Shown here piece after piece: positions 1-10,241 of a stretch of 27,921 bases of DNA (positions are counted from its first letter, which is position 1; each line of letters begins with the position of its first letter). Source of the DNA: Fonticula alba ATCC 38817 (lineage: Eukaryota > Protista > Nucleariida); assembly GCA_000388065.2 (NCBI GenBank), contig KB932219.1; one strand, written 5' to 3'. The notes beneath the pieces were generated by a model. It ran no database searches and was not told the origin of the DNA. It saw only the letters and a program-made list of their open reading frames with translations. The position numbers were made by a program, and so were the translations under genes.

Positions 1-1455
1 GGGGGGGTCTCGGATGTCGGAGTGGTGCCTAGCTTCGAGGCCGGCGGCCGGGGCGGGGGCAGGCCGCTGGCGTCTGGGGGGCGACAGCGCCCCCGGGACC
101 GCGAGTGGCCGGCCCTCGGTGACGGCACCAGGGACCGTGGCTTGGACCGGGGAGTCGGCCCCCGGCGTGCGGCCCGGGGGCTTCACGGGCTGGAGCCCTG
201 TTATGGTTATGGTCATGGCCGCGGGGTGCTGGCTGTTGCGGCGCTCTTGCGGCCCCGGTGCGCAAGGGCGCATAAAAGTGGCGGGCCGTTTCGGCCGGGC
301 CCCGGGCCGGGGGCGGGGGGGAGCAGGCGGGCTTCCTTTCTTCTCCCGGCGCGGGCAGCGTATGCCCTGCCGCGGTGACCCGCCGGCGTGTTGCTCCTTC
401 TTTTGCTCGGGCTCGCTCGGGCTGCGCTGGCGCTTCCCCGGACCGGGGGAGACTGCGCGATCTGGGCGCTGGGGGCTTTTTGAAGACGACGCCAGCTGGC
501 ATGTGCACGGCCCTGGGGCATGGCCCGCCCGGGTGTCTCGGGGCTGCTCGGTGGCGCTGCCGGGGAAGATCGATCCTCGCGCGTGGCGGTGTGCGGGCGG
601 CGGAGACGCTGCCTCGCCCCGGCGCGGGCCCGGGGCCCTCTGCTCGGGGCTTGGCGCAGGGCTGGTGCCGGTGGCCAGCCAGCGAGGGCCGGGGGCATGT
701 GTTTTACATGTGCGGAGCATGCACCGAGCCACAGCCCCCTTCGGGCGGACGCCGCGCGTGTCCGGCCAGCGGGCGGCAGCAGGGGCGCCGGGAGGGACGC
801 GGGCCTTCCTTCGCGGCTGCCGCGGCCGGTCTGGCCGCCAGGCGTCTTGCACATGGAGCCGGGCGGAGAGGGCCGTCATCGGGTGGTGCGACGACACCAG
901 CGGCGGCGCATTCGCGTGGCGGGGCCACGGCGACCGCGGGTCCGGGAGCGTGGCAAGGGCGCGGGCGAGGAGCCAAGGATGGCCGGCGCAAGGCTGGGGC
1001 GACGTGGGGCGCCTTCCAGCGGCGTGTGCCATTCCGACGGCCGCGGCCGGGCCGGGCTCAAGGGGCCGCCGAGCCGGACACGCGGGCACTCGCGCACGGC
1101 CCAGCCGCCCGGTGGCGCGCAGGCGATCGCCAGATCCTCGGGGCAGGGCACAGACGCCTCGTCCATGAGGGCGCGTGTGGTCACCGGCGTGGGCGCCCCC
1201 GGCCTGGCGGGCGGCGCCGCGCCATCCGCCGGGCAGCATGCCGGGGCGTTCTGAGGGCCTCGGGAGGACCCTGCCAGCAGGCCGGCACCCTGCCACCGAG
1301 GATGCGAGCGGCACCCCACGGCCGGGGATCACCTGGTAGGGCAGAGCTGGGTGCGGCTCGGTGACGCCCGGCCCCCTGCCCGGGCACACCTGCCGGACGC
1401 CGTTGGTACCCGGGCGCCCGGCCTGCGAAGGCGCGCATGCGTGCCTGTGTCTGTC

Positions 1456-1479
1456 TGTGTGTGTGTGTGTGTGTGTGTG
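1456..1479. repeat. (TG)n microsatellite
   Basis: Seen directly. Confidence 0.95.
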
Positions 1480-3708
1480 CTTGTGGGCAGCCGGCGGTGG
1501 GCGCCTTCGGAGGCCCGGAGCTGGCGAGCCGCACGGGGAGGGGGGGTGGGGCGCTCCGTCGTGCCACGGCCGCGGGCAAGCGAGGCCGGGGCATGTGCCG
1601 CTGCCAGGCCCGGGCCGAGCGCTTCGGGCCCCCTTCCGGCGGGGCGACCGCACCATGCGCCCGCCGGTGTTAGGGGGGGTGGTGATGTGCCCCAGTCGGA
1701 CCAGGTGCATGGCGGGGGATGGGGGATGGCCGGCCGGTCGATGGTCAAGCGTCTAGTGCGCGCCGCATGCGCCCCTGCCTCCGGCATCCGGCCCCTCCCT
1801 GCTCGCAGGCACCCGGGTGCGGTCCTGGTGCCGGGGGCCCTCCCCGGGGAGGGCACCGGCCGGCTGTGTGCCTCCGTTGGTCGTGGCCTGATCCATGGAA
1901 CCTTGTCGCGGCTTTTCGACCGCCGCGGGAAGGGGCACATCGGCCAGGTGACGCACGGGCCGCGGCTTCGGCGGGAACGCCACCCGAGGGGCGGGCGGCC
2001 TGGGCGCGGCCAGCGTGTCCTTGCCCAGCCGCCTGGGTCGGGGCCCGAGCCGGGGCCGGTCGCTGTTCTGCCGGATGACCCGGGCCCCCCCTCGCCGCGG
2101 GGCGGGCTCCCGCATTGATTTTCGCTCTTTCCCGCGCCCTCCCCCGGGGGCCGCCGCAGGCGGCACACTGCCCCGGCCTCGGGCCCCGGGCCAAAAGCAA
2201 GCGCGCCCCAGGGCGCGACCCCACACCAACTGCACCGGGCCCAATGGGTGTCTATTGGGCGTACTTGCGCGCGGGCCAGCTCGGGCCGGTGTGGCCCGGG
2301 GGTGGTGGAGGGATCGTGTGCCCGGGCGAGGGGCGCCACGCAGGCCGATGACGGGGCCGTCCCGGCGTGGGCCGTGCGCCCGGCGGGCCCACCGGCTGAT
2401 CGTGGCGTGGGGGATGGCCTCGCTCGGCCGACCGCCGGCCACCGGCCGCCGCGTGCTCGTGTGGCCGGTGGTGGCCGCGCGGCTGCCCGTAGGTTGCCCG
2501 GTCCCCGGGTGCCCGGCCGAGGGTGGGCAGAGGCGCGCGCGCGGCTTTTCGCCCGCTCCTCGCGCTGCCCGTCGGGGCCGCACAGGTGCCGGGTCTGGCG
2601 CGCGGGCCGCGAGTGCCAGCGGTGTGGGCGCCGGATGGGGCCCGGTCCGCCGGGGCGTCGGCGACGGTGCGCACCGTCCCAGCGCAGGTGAGTCGTCCGT
2701 GCCGGGCGAGGGGGATCCGCGACCGGCCGAGGCACGTGCACGCGGCGCTTCCAGGGACCTTGGCGGCCTCGCGCACCCGCCCACCCACCAACACACGCAC
2801 ACATATGATGGCCGGGTGGAGGGCCGCGGCGGGGAGGCGCCAGGCCGCCCCTCGTGCGGGCATTGTGGCTGGGATTGCGGCCTCGCGGGTGGGTCCATGC
2901 GCGGAGCACGGACCGCGGCCGGGGCGCGGGGGCGGGCGAGCCCGAGAGCATGGACGCCCCCGGCGGATGCACCGTCTCGCCTGTCCGCGAGTGGGGACGC
3001 CGTCCGCCGGGGCCGGGCTGGAACGGCGGGGCCAGGCCCCGGTCGGGCGCCCCCGTGCGGTGGCCCCATACCCCATAGCCGGCGACATGCAATCCCGGCA
3101 GCCGCATGCGTTCTGGCGAGTACCGGCATGCCGGGCGGTGGGCCTCACCCGCATGCGTCGGCATGCAGTCGGTGTTCCGCCCACCGTGGGGGGAGGAGTT
3201 GGCGGCCCTTGGCCACTGGGCGCGGCCAGGCCCGGCCCCCCGGGGCCGTAGCCGGTGCGCTTCACCCGGGCGCGTGTGGGGCCGCCAGGGGGGGGGGGGG
3301 GGGTGGTGCTCGCGGGCCGGGCGCCCGGCCGGCGGATGGCCGGTCGGGACCGCGGCAATGCCAGCACGCGTGCGATCGGAGCACCGGCCCCCTCCATGTG
3401 CAGGGGGCGGCGTGAGTGGGGATGCGGGCGTGGCCACCGCGAGGGGCCATCGTCGGACTGGCGGCCAGCGGGCCGCGTGCGCGCCTTCGTCCGGGAGCCG
3501 GCTTGGATGCCCGCGCTCCGGGGCGGGAGGCTGGCGACGAGGAGCTCGGGGGGCGTCAGACTGCCTGGTCATGTATGGCCGACGGTCGAGGGCGTGCGGG
3601 GACCCCCGAGGCGGCAACATCCCGACGCGGCCGCGGCCCGGCTCGCGCTGCTGCGCCGTGCCGCGGCGGTCCGTTGGCCGGCCCCGGGGATGAGGTTGAT
3701 ACCTGGGC

Positions 3709-3732
3709 GGGGGGGGGGGGGGGGGGGGGGGG

Positions 3733-3801
<69 letters not shown>
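3709..3801. repeat. 93-nt poly-G tract with a single C at 3733
   Basis: Seen directly; homopolymer length may be inaccurate. Confidence 0.9.
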
Positions 3802-3804
<3 letters not shown>

Positions 3805-3873
3805 TTGGCTCGGCCGAGCAAGGGACGCACCGCCCGTGTGAGGGTTGGCGTTCGAGAGCTGGGTGCATGTGCA

Positions 3874-3891
3874 TGTGTGTGTGTGTGTGTG
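3874..3891. repeat. (TG)n microsatellite preceded by GTGCAT x2
   Basis: Seen directly. Confidence 0.9.
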
Positions 3892-3977
3892 GATATTGCT
3901 GTGACCTTCCGGACTCGCGGGACTTTGGCCCCGGGTCTCGGCGCGCGTGGCCACTCGCTCGGCCGTCGGGACCCGAG

Positions 3978-4034
3978 CCCGGGGCATTCCTCGCCCGGGG
4001 CATTCCTCGCCCGGGGCATTCCCCGCCCGGGGCA
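3978..4034. repeat. 16-bp minisatellite (CCCGGGGCATTCCTCG) x3 plus a partial copy
   Basis: Units start at 3978, 3994, 4010 (one T to C change) and 4026 (partial). Confidence 0.9.
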
Positions 4035-5515
4035 GGGGCGCCGGACGGCCCGGGTGCCGATGAGCAGCGGCCCTGCCGACGCCGGGCCGAATGGCCCGGC
4101 CCGGCTCTGGGACCAGTCGGCTTGCGGCGTGCACTTTTCGCGCGTGGCCCCGGCTGCCCATGGGCCCGGGGGGGCGAGCGGGCCGGCCGCGGGCCGCGGC
4201 CCATGGCCTCGCAGGTGGAACGATCAGGCCCCGGAGCAGGGACCGGCGAAAGGGGGCGTGCCTGCTTCTTTGCCATTCGCCGCGGAAGGCAGCTGGAAAG
4301 CCGGCGAACAGCCACACGTCCATACGGGGCACCGGGGGTGTTTGTAAACAAGCGGGCGAACCCCCGGGGGTGTATGTTTGTCGCCAGTACCGGCGGTTCG
4401 GTACATGTGGCCGGGCGGGCATTAGGTGCGGTTTCAGGTGGGCCGGAACGTGGGCCGCTGGATTGGCAATTGGCCGGGCCGGAGACCCCTAGTGAGCAGT
4501 ACCCGGACTCGGGGGGGCGGTCGATCTCGGGGCGCCTTCGTTGCCGGGCGAGGTGCCTCCCGCCTCGGGGGCCGGCATGCAATACAAAGCCGCGTGCGTG
4601 GCGGGCCGGGCACCGGCGCCCTGGCGGTCTTCTGGGCGGGGGCGGCGGCGGCGGCGGCGACGGCCCGAAGCCGGAGAGGCATGCCGGCGCGGTGTGCGGG
4701 CGTTCGACAGGCGCCATGGCTGGCCTCGCGGACAGGGGCCCGGACCGGGGTGCCGGCCGGCTCCCCGGCTGGATGGTCCGGGTGCCGCGGCCGTCGGGTC
4801 GATCGCGCCCGGAGGGGCCATGCGCCGGCAAGGGCCCCGTGCACCGGCATGGGGGTGTGCGTGCGCTTCGGGCGGGTGTGTGGCTGCTGGCGGTCGAAAA
4901 GCCCGGCCGCCGGCCCCGGTGCGCGAGGATGGGCGGGGGGGGGGGGGGGGGGGGGGGGGCTTCGTGAGGGCCCCCGCGGCGGGGGGGGGCGCCCCGCCCC
5001 CCGGCTCGGCCCTTGGGCCCGGGGGAAGGGGCCCCGGGGCGCGCCCGGCCGGCAGCGGGCAGACCCTTTCGGGCGGCGGCGGCGGCGAATGCGGTCCCCG
5101 GCCCGGCGGGCGCGAGCTGTTCGTTCGGCCAGCGCCCACCCGGGGGCCACTTCTTTATTACTCACGCTGGCCGCGGGCCAGAAAGAACATGCGGCGGCTT
5201 CTTTCGGCCGTGCGGGCGCCCGGGACGGCCGGTGGCCCGGTGCCGGTGGCCGCCGGGCCGGGCGCCGGCCACAGGCACCCCAGCCCGGCGGGGAGGGCCA
5301 TAAAAGCCACGGCGCCGTCGGTGGCCGAAGACCGCGCCGCACCACCGGGACCGACATCTCACCTCGTGCATTCCCCTTCGCAAGCCCGATTTGGGCATCC
5401 CTTTTTCTTTCGTTGCCTCCGCAAAAGCCCCCGGCCCTCGACACGCCCCTGCCCAAAGGCTAGCCAGCCCCTGGACAAGGAGCCCCTCACTCGGGAAGGC
5501 AGCATACACCCGCGC

Positions 5516-5542
5516 CTCTCTCTCTCTCTCTCTCTCTCTCTC
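5516..5542. repeat. (CT)n microsatellite about 70 nt upstream of the Cys-rich gene ATG
   Basis: Seen directly. Confidence 0.95.
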
Positions 5543-5612
5543 GCGCCCTCCCTGCCGGCAGGACGCACCACCTCACGCACGCACGCACGAGCGCGCGCAC
5601 GCTTGCTTCCCC

Positions 5613-8600
5613 ATGGACACCCCGACTCGAAGCCGGGCCTGGCCCCAGTCGGGCCCGGTGACGGCCCGGCGCCGGGCGCAAGCATACCTTCTGGCGGTGT
5701 TGGTGGCGACGCTTGCGCTGGTGCTGACCCGGCCGGCGGCCGGGCAGTCCTCGACGCCGCCCTTCACGCTGTTGAGCTTTGTCTCGGCCAATGACAAGCT
5801 GGTGCCGGGACCCGCGGAGGCGGAGCTGTACACCGAGGCCGATGGCTCGACATATGCCCTGCTGTGGGACGGCCCGGCCAAGAGCCAGGCAAGCACCTAC
5901 CAGGGCGTGAGCACGGCCACCGAGGGCGAAGTCCGCTGGGGCCCGCAATTCCGGACGACCGTCAGCCACCACATCGCGCGGCACAATATGCGGCCCATGC
6001 TGGGGCCCGATGCGGAGTTCCTGGTTTTCCCGCGGCCCACCCAGCGCCGGGGCTTTGCCATGATCCTCGAGTACACCTCCACGGCATTCGCCCTCCTCGA
6101 GTGGTACGCCACCTACAGCTACCCGAATGGCGGGACCGGCCAGGTGCTGAAGGGCTTCCTCAACATCTTCACGCTGGATGTGACGCTGCTGGTGGCGGTG
6201 GAAAAGGGCCCGGCCTGGGACATCTTCTGGGTGGAGGTGACCGAGGGGATGCCGGGGACCTTCGAGTCGTTGCTCTTTACGACGCACGTCAAGCCGACGG
6301 CCGATCTGTTTGTGGAAGTGCCGACCGGCGGGGCGATCTACGTGCCGCTGCTGGACAGCCTGGACACCTATCAGCGCATGTCCAAGCCGGGGCCGGTGAG
6401 CCGAAGCACGTATGCATGGGGGGCGCCCCTGCAGCAGGTGGTCCTGACGCGACTGGTGCCGCCGGCCAATCTAAGCTGCCAGGGGGGCGACATGGTGGCA
6501 TTGACTGTCCTCGGGCAGATCGAGGTGAAGACGTGCTTCACGTCGCTCTGGTCCAATCCCCGATACACGACGAAGCTGCCCCTGGGGGCCGCCAGCACCG
6601 GGCGCCTGATCGCCGCGCCGCTGGTGGACAGCTCCACGGTCGAACCGCACTTCTACTATCTGGCCGATGCCTCGACCGCCATGCCGGCCACCCTGTGGCG
6701 GGTCCGGTTCCATGCCGGCGGCAGCTTCACCTGGACGCAGGTCCGTTTGCCTGGCAGCGGGTGGGACCTGGCAAAGACGCAGTTGCTGCTGCTGCCGGTG
6801 ACCGGCAGCCCGTCCAAGCGCTGGACCCTGGTCATCGGGGGGCGGGCCTACTACGACCCGGCGGACTTCCTGTGTGGCGTCGACGCCACCATCGCCTGCC
6901 CGGGGGAGCCCGGCTGGTGGGCCAGTCCCACCGGCTGGGTGTGCAAACCCCGGTCCATCATGGCGCCGATGGTGGCCTCGCGGTCCCTGTGCTTCGGCTG
7001 CCACGCGGGCTACTATGCGGACACTCGAGACAGTGCGTCGACGACCGGTGCCGGTGGGGCGTGCTCCTTTGTGTGCATGTGTGTGTGTGTGTGTGTGTGT
7101 GTGCTGGGTGTAGGTGTATATGGCCGTGTGTGTGTGTGTGTGTGTGTGTGAATGTGTGTGAATGTGTGCATGTGTGCATGTGTGCATGTGTGCATGTGTC
7201 CACGAGCGCGGGCATCGGGTTCGGTTCATGACGAATGCGCCGGAGGGGGGGGGGGGTGGAAATGGGTCGGCATTTGTGCGCCCGTGCATATGCCCGGCTG
7301 TGGCGTCCATTGGTCCCGGGGCCGGGCGGGCGAGTCCGGAGCCCGGGCCATGGCCCGCTGCGCGTGCTTTACTGACTGCCATGGTGTGTATGCTTGCTCT
7401 TCGGCCTGTGGGGGGCCGGGGCTCCATGAATGGGAATGTCGATGGAACGGCCGCGGCGCGCGGCCACCCCTGGCCCCGGGCCTCGCACCGGCGCCGGCCG
7501 TCGTCGTCCTCGTCCTCGTCCTCGTCGGGTCCACAAATACCACCCCCTGCAAGCCTTGTGGCACCGGCTGCTTGGTGTGCAACGCCTCCGAAGGGTGCTC
7601 CGTGTGCGCGGGGGACCTGCTGCTGGAGGTGAAGCAAGGCCCGTATGCCGGCCCGGCGTCATGCGTGGCAGCCTGCTCGCCCGGGTATGTGCAAGAGGGC
7701 AGGCTGTGCGTGAAGAGCCAGGCCCGGCTGCCGAGCGGGGCCCTCGGCATGGACATGTCCCTGGGAGCATATGCCCCCCGGGTGTCGGGCTCATCGACAC
7801 CCGTGCGCGTGGTGGGCATGGCCGCGACGCACCTGCTGTTGAACAGCCAATCGCGGCTGATGCTTCGACCGGAGTCTCGCCTCAATCCGGACCTCCCGCG
7901 AGAGGGGGCCCTCCTGCTGACGGATACCGGGGAGGTGCTGCTGTCGACCCTGAGCAACCTGTCGGCGGCCAGCCCGGCGCCCATGGCCCGCGTGGCGAGT
8001 CTCAGCGGCCGGAGCATGGAGCCCCGGCTGCGCGAGCTGGGCCCATTCCCTGGGCTCAGGTACAGCGACGAGCAGCTGGCCATTGTCTCCTGTGGGAGTC
8101 GCATTTCGGTGGTCTTCGTGACGTGCTCCTTCCCGGCGTTTGGCAGCCCGACGCCATGCACCGTGTCCGATGCCACGGTGGTGGACCTGGGCCCGGGCAT
8201 GGAAATAACCAAGTGCTATGACATGCACAGCGCCAGCTCCACGATGGAGATTCTCATTCCGATCGCCACATCCACCAGCGGCCGCCACGTGGTCCGGCTG
8301 CGGAAGGACGTGTGCTCTTCCGATCTTGGGCCCGGGCATGGAAATAACCAAGTGCTATGACATGCACAGCGCCAGCTCCACGATGGAGATTCTCATTCCG
8401 ATCGCCACATCCACCAGCGGCCGCCACGTGGTCCGGCTGCGGAAGGTCGGCTCGCAGGCCGCCTTCGAGCACCACATCGTGCGGGATGTCCATGCGGTGG
8501 CGGACTTGCCGGGGCTCAGCATGGTCCTGACGCTGGACAGCTTCAAGACGGTGGCCCTCTACAAGAAGGACCTGGCGGCCAACGACCCGAGGACCGAGCT

Positions 8601-9222
8601 CCTGGCCCAGCAGGACATCTCCTTCAGCGGCTATTGGCATTCGGTCTTCCGGGTGCCGGTGGTACGGGAGGCCGACTCCACCGTCCTGCGGTATGACACG
8701 GTGTTCAGCGGCACCGAGTACGGCTCGTGGGTGGTGGCCATGGCCACCAAGGGCGGCATGTATCTGACCGGCAAGCTGCTTGATGCCACCCGGCCGAGGC
8801 AGGTCCTCGGCAAGCCGTACCTCCAGCCGGTCAATGAGCGCTGCCTGCTGGCGGAGCTGGTGACCAGTGACCCGGAATTCCCGGCCGCCTTGGTCTTGCT
8901 GTCGGACCGGGTGCTGGGCATGGCGGTGGTCCAGTGCCTGCCGAACAGCCAGAACCAGTGCCACCTGCTGCCGGCCTTCTTCCACGAAGACCCTTACCGG
9001 GAATTGGGCCTGGCCCAGATGCAGGATGTGGTGATGCACGCGGCCGACCTGCGTGCCGGGCACTTTGCCACCCTGCTTGCGGTGAACCAGGCGGGCGATG
9101 TCCAGCGCGTGGCCTTCAAGGCCGATTGCCCTGCGCGGACTTTCGGCATCTGGTGCAAGCCCTGCCATGGGTCCTGCCTTGGCGGGTGCACCGGGCCGAC
9201 GTCGGCCGATTGTGTGGTCTGA
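5613..9222 (+). CDS. Large secreted or surface protein with furin-like Cys-rich repeats (about 988 aa after removing one intron and a 139-bp assembly artefact); may be truncated or a recent pseudogene
   Basis: ATG 5613 starts MDTPTRSRAW...YLLAVLVATLALVLTRPAAGQ, a signal-peptide-like hydrophobic stretch. Codons are GC3-rich and residue use is diverse, unlike the Arg/Gly/Pro shadow ORFs. Cys repeats: CFGCHAGYY...CKPCGTGCLVC...CSVC...CVAACSPGY and CPARTFGIWCKPCHGSCLGGCTGPTSADC. Model: exon 1 5613-7032, exon 2 7537-9222 minus 139 bp, giving 2967 nt (989 codons including TGA 9220-9222). It joins ORFs 5391, 7152 and 8218. Confidence 0.8.
7033..7536 (+). other. Predicted 504-nt intron in the Cys-rich gene (GTGCGT donor, CCACAA acceptor)
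   Basis: The donor GTGCGT is identical to the three donors inferred for the sirtuin gene. The interval holds a (TG)n/(TGTGTGCA)n microsatellite, an in-frame TGA (7149-7151) and a branch-like TACTGAC (7370-7376). Splicing gives GYYADTRDNTTPCKPC. The existence of an intron is well supported; the acceptor is uncertain. Confidence 0.6.
7071..7199. repeat. Compound (TG)n / (TGTGTGCA)n microsatellite, intronic
   Basis: Seen directly. Confidence 0.95.
8188..8445 (+). repeat. Artefactual direct duplication: 8188-8306 = 8327-8445 (119 bp each), separated by the adapter
   Basis: Both copies run TGGGCCCGGGCATGGAAATAACC...CTGCGGAAG with an offset of 139 bp. Removing 139 bp (1 mod 3) fuses ORF 7152 with ORF 8218. 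Confidence 0.95.
8307..8326 (+). other. Illumina TruSeq adapter remnant (GACGTGTGCTCTTCCGATCT); assembly artefact
   Basis: Exact match to the 3' 20 nt of the Illumina TruSeq read-2 primer/adapter (…TTCAGACGTGTGCTCTTCCGATCT), located between two identical genomic copies. Confidence 0.97.
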
Positions 9223-9291
9223 TGGCGCGCCGCGTGGTCTCAAAAGGTGGCTTGGCAAAGCGTGGCCGATGGCCTCGGGACATTTGGGAGC

Positions 9292-9320
9292 GTGCGGAAG
9301 TGCGGAAGTGCGGAAGTGCG
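9292..9320. repeat. 8-bp tandem repeat (GTGCGGAA) x3.6
   Basis: Units start at 9292, 9300, 9308 and 9316 (partial). Confidence 0.9.
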
Positions 9321-10038
9321 ATTGCCCCACCACGATCTGGGGAGCGTCTGCTGGGCGCTCCGCCTTTCTCCGATGCCGCCCCGACAATACACCATCTTTG
9401 AGTGCGCCCTTGGCCGGAGAGTGTCGATCGGGACCCGTGGCCCCTTTTCCGCGCGGGCCATGCGCCAAGGCGAGAGGCACGGCGGCGGCGGCGCCTGCCT
9501 GTGGTGGGCGCCCGCGGCTAAGGTGCATCCGGCCGACGGGGCAGCGCCAGAGGTCCCGTTGCGCCAGCGACCGGGGCGCAGGCGGGGCGGGGGCCGAAGT
9601 CACATCTGGGGGTGTCTTGGTGTATTCAGAGCCCCCGCTCGCTAGCTACACAAGGTCCCGGCCGCCGAGGACGGGGAAGGCCGTGCACCGGGGCCCGGAA
9701 GGGGCATCGGGCTTCTTGCTGACGACGAGCCCGCAGCGCATGAAAAGCCCGGCCGGGGGGGGCGGCGGGTCACCCCGGCCGCGGGCGCCCGCCGGGATCC
9801 TGCCCCGTGGCCGGTATTATGAGACCCTGTGGCGGCGATGCCGGGCAGATGCCATCCCGATGGGCGGCCTCCTGCCGGCGGAAGAGAGAACGGCCCCGGC
9901 CCGGGCCCGAGGCGCAGGAAGGGGGCAAGCGGGATGGGGCCGCGCGCCGCCGGCCCGGGGGCTCCCCGATCGCCCGAGCATGCGCGCCGGAGCCCCCCCC
10001 CCCCCCGGCCAGGGACGGCAAAAGACGGGCCTCCAACG

Positions 10039-10043
10039 AAAAA
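10039..10043 (-). terminator. Pol III terminator (T5) of tRNA-Gln
   Basis: TTTTT on the minus strand, 4 nt downstream of the discriminator base. Confidence 0.8.
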
Positions 10044-10047
10044 GAGC

Positions 10048-10119
10048 AGGTCGAGCCGAGAATCGAACTCGGATTGACAGATTCAGAGTCTGCCGTGATA
10101 ACCATTACACCACTCAACC
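10048..10119 (-). tRNA. tRNA-Gln(CTG): tRNA-Gln (anticodon CTG)
   Basis: Reverse complement is GGTTGAGTGGTGTAATGGTTATCACGGCAGACTCTGAATCTGTCAATCCGAGTTCGATTCTCGGCTCGACCT (72 nt). Acceptor stem GGTTGAG/CTCGACC, anticodon loop CT-CTG-AA (anticodon at 10084-10086), T-loop TTCGATT and A box TGGTGTAATGG. No intron. Confidence 0.97.
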
Positions 10120-10233
10120 GCCGTGCCGCGGTCCCCCCGCGGAGGGGATACAAAAGCGCGTGCTTTTGCTGCCCCGAAAAAGGACCGCCCGGAGCAAAAG
10201 GAACGGCGTGTCGCGCGCGGAGGCGCCCCCGGG

Positions 10234-10238
10234 AAAAA
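10234..10238 (-). terminator. Pol III terminator (T5) of tRNA-Glu
   Basis: TTTTT on the minus strand, 3 nt downstream of the discriminator base. Confidence 0.8.
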
Positions 10239-10241
10239 GAA

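Noticed and set aside
14-5400. Many long overlapping ORFs (up to 896 aa) on both strands
   Set aside because: Arg/Gly/Pro/Ala-rich translations of very GC-rich sequence, running through poly-G and microsatellites. No motifs or consistent codon bias, and stops are simply rare here. The same applies to most ORFs in 9.3-13.4 kb and 15.3-23.4 kb.
7149-7151. Single TGA separating two same-frame ORFs (5391 and 7152), suggesting selenocysteine or readthrough into a Cys-Val polymer
   Set aside because: The flanking peptide is translated (TG)n microsatellite, and a 3n-length intron explains the arrangement more simply.
8188-8460. Apparent programmed frameshift or exon duplication
   Set aside because: The spacer is Illumina adapter, so this is an assembly artefact.
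6471-9603. Long minus-strand ORFs (6471-7637, 7226-8212, 8254-9603)
   Set aside because: Antisense shadows of the GC3-rich + strand gene.
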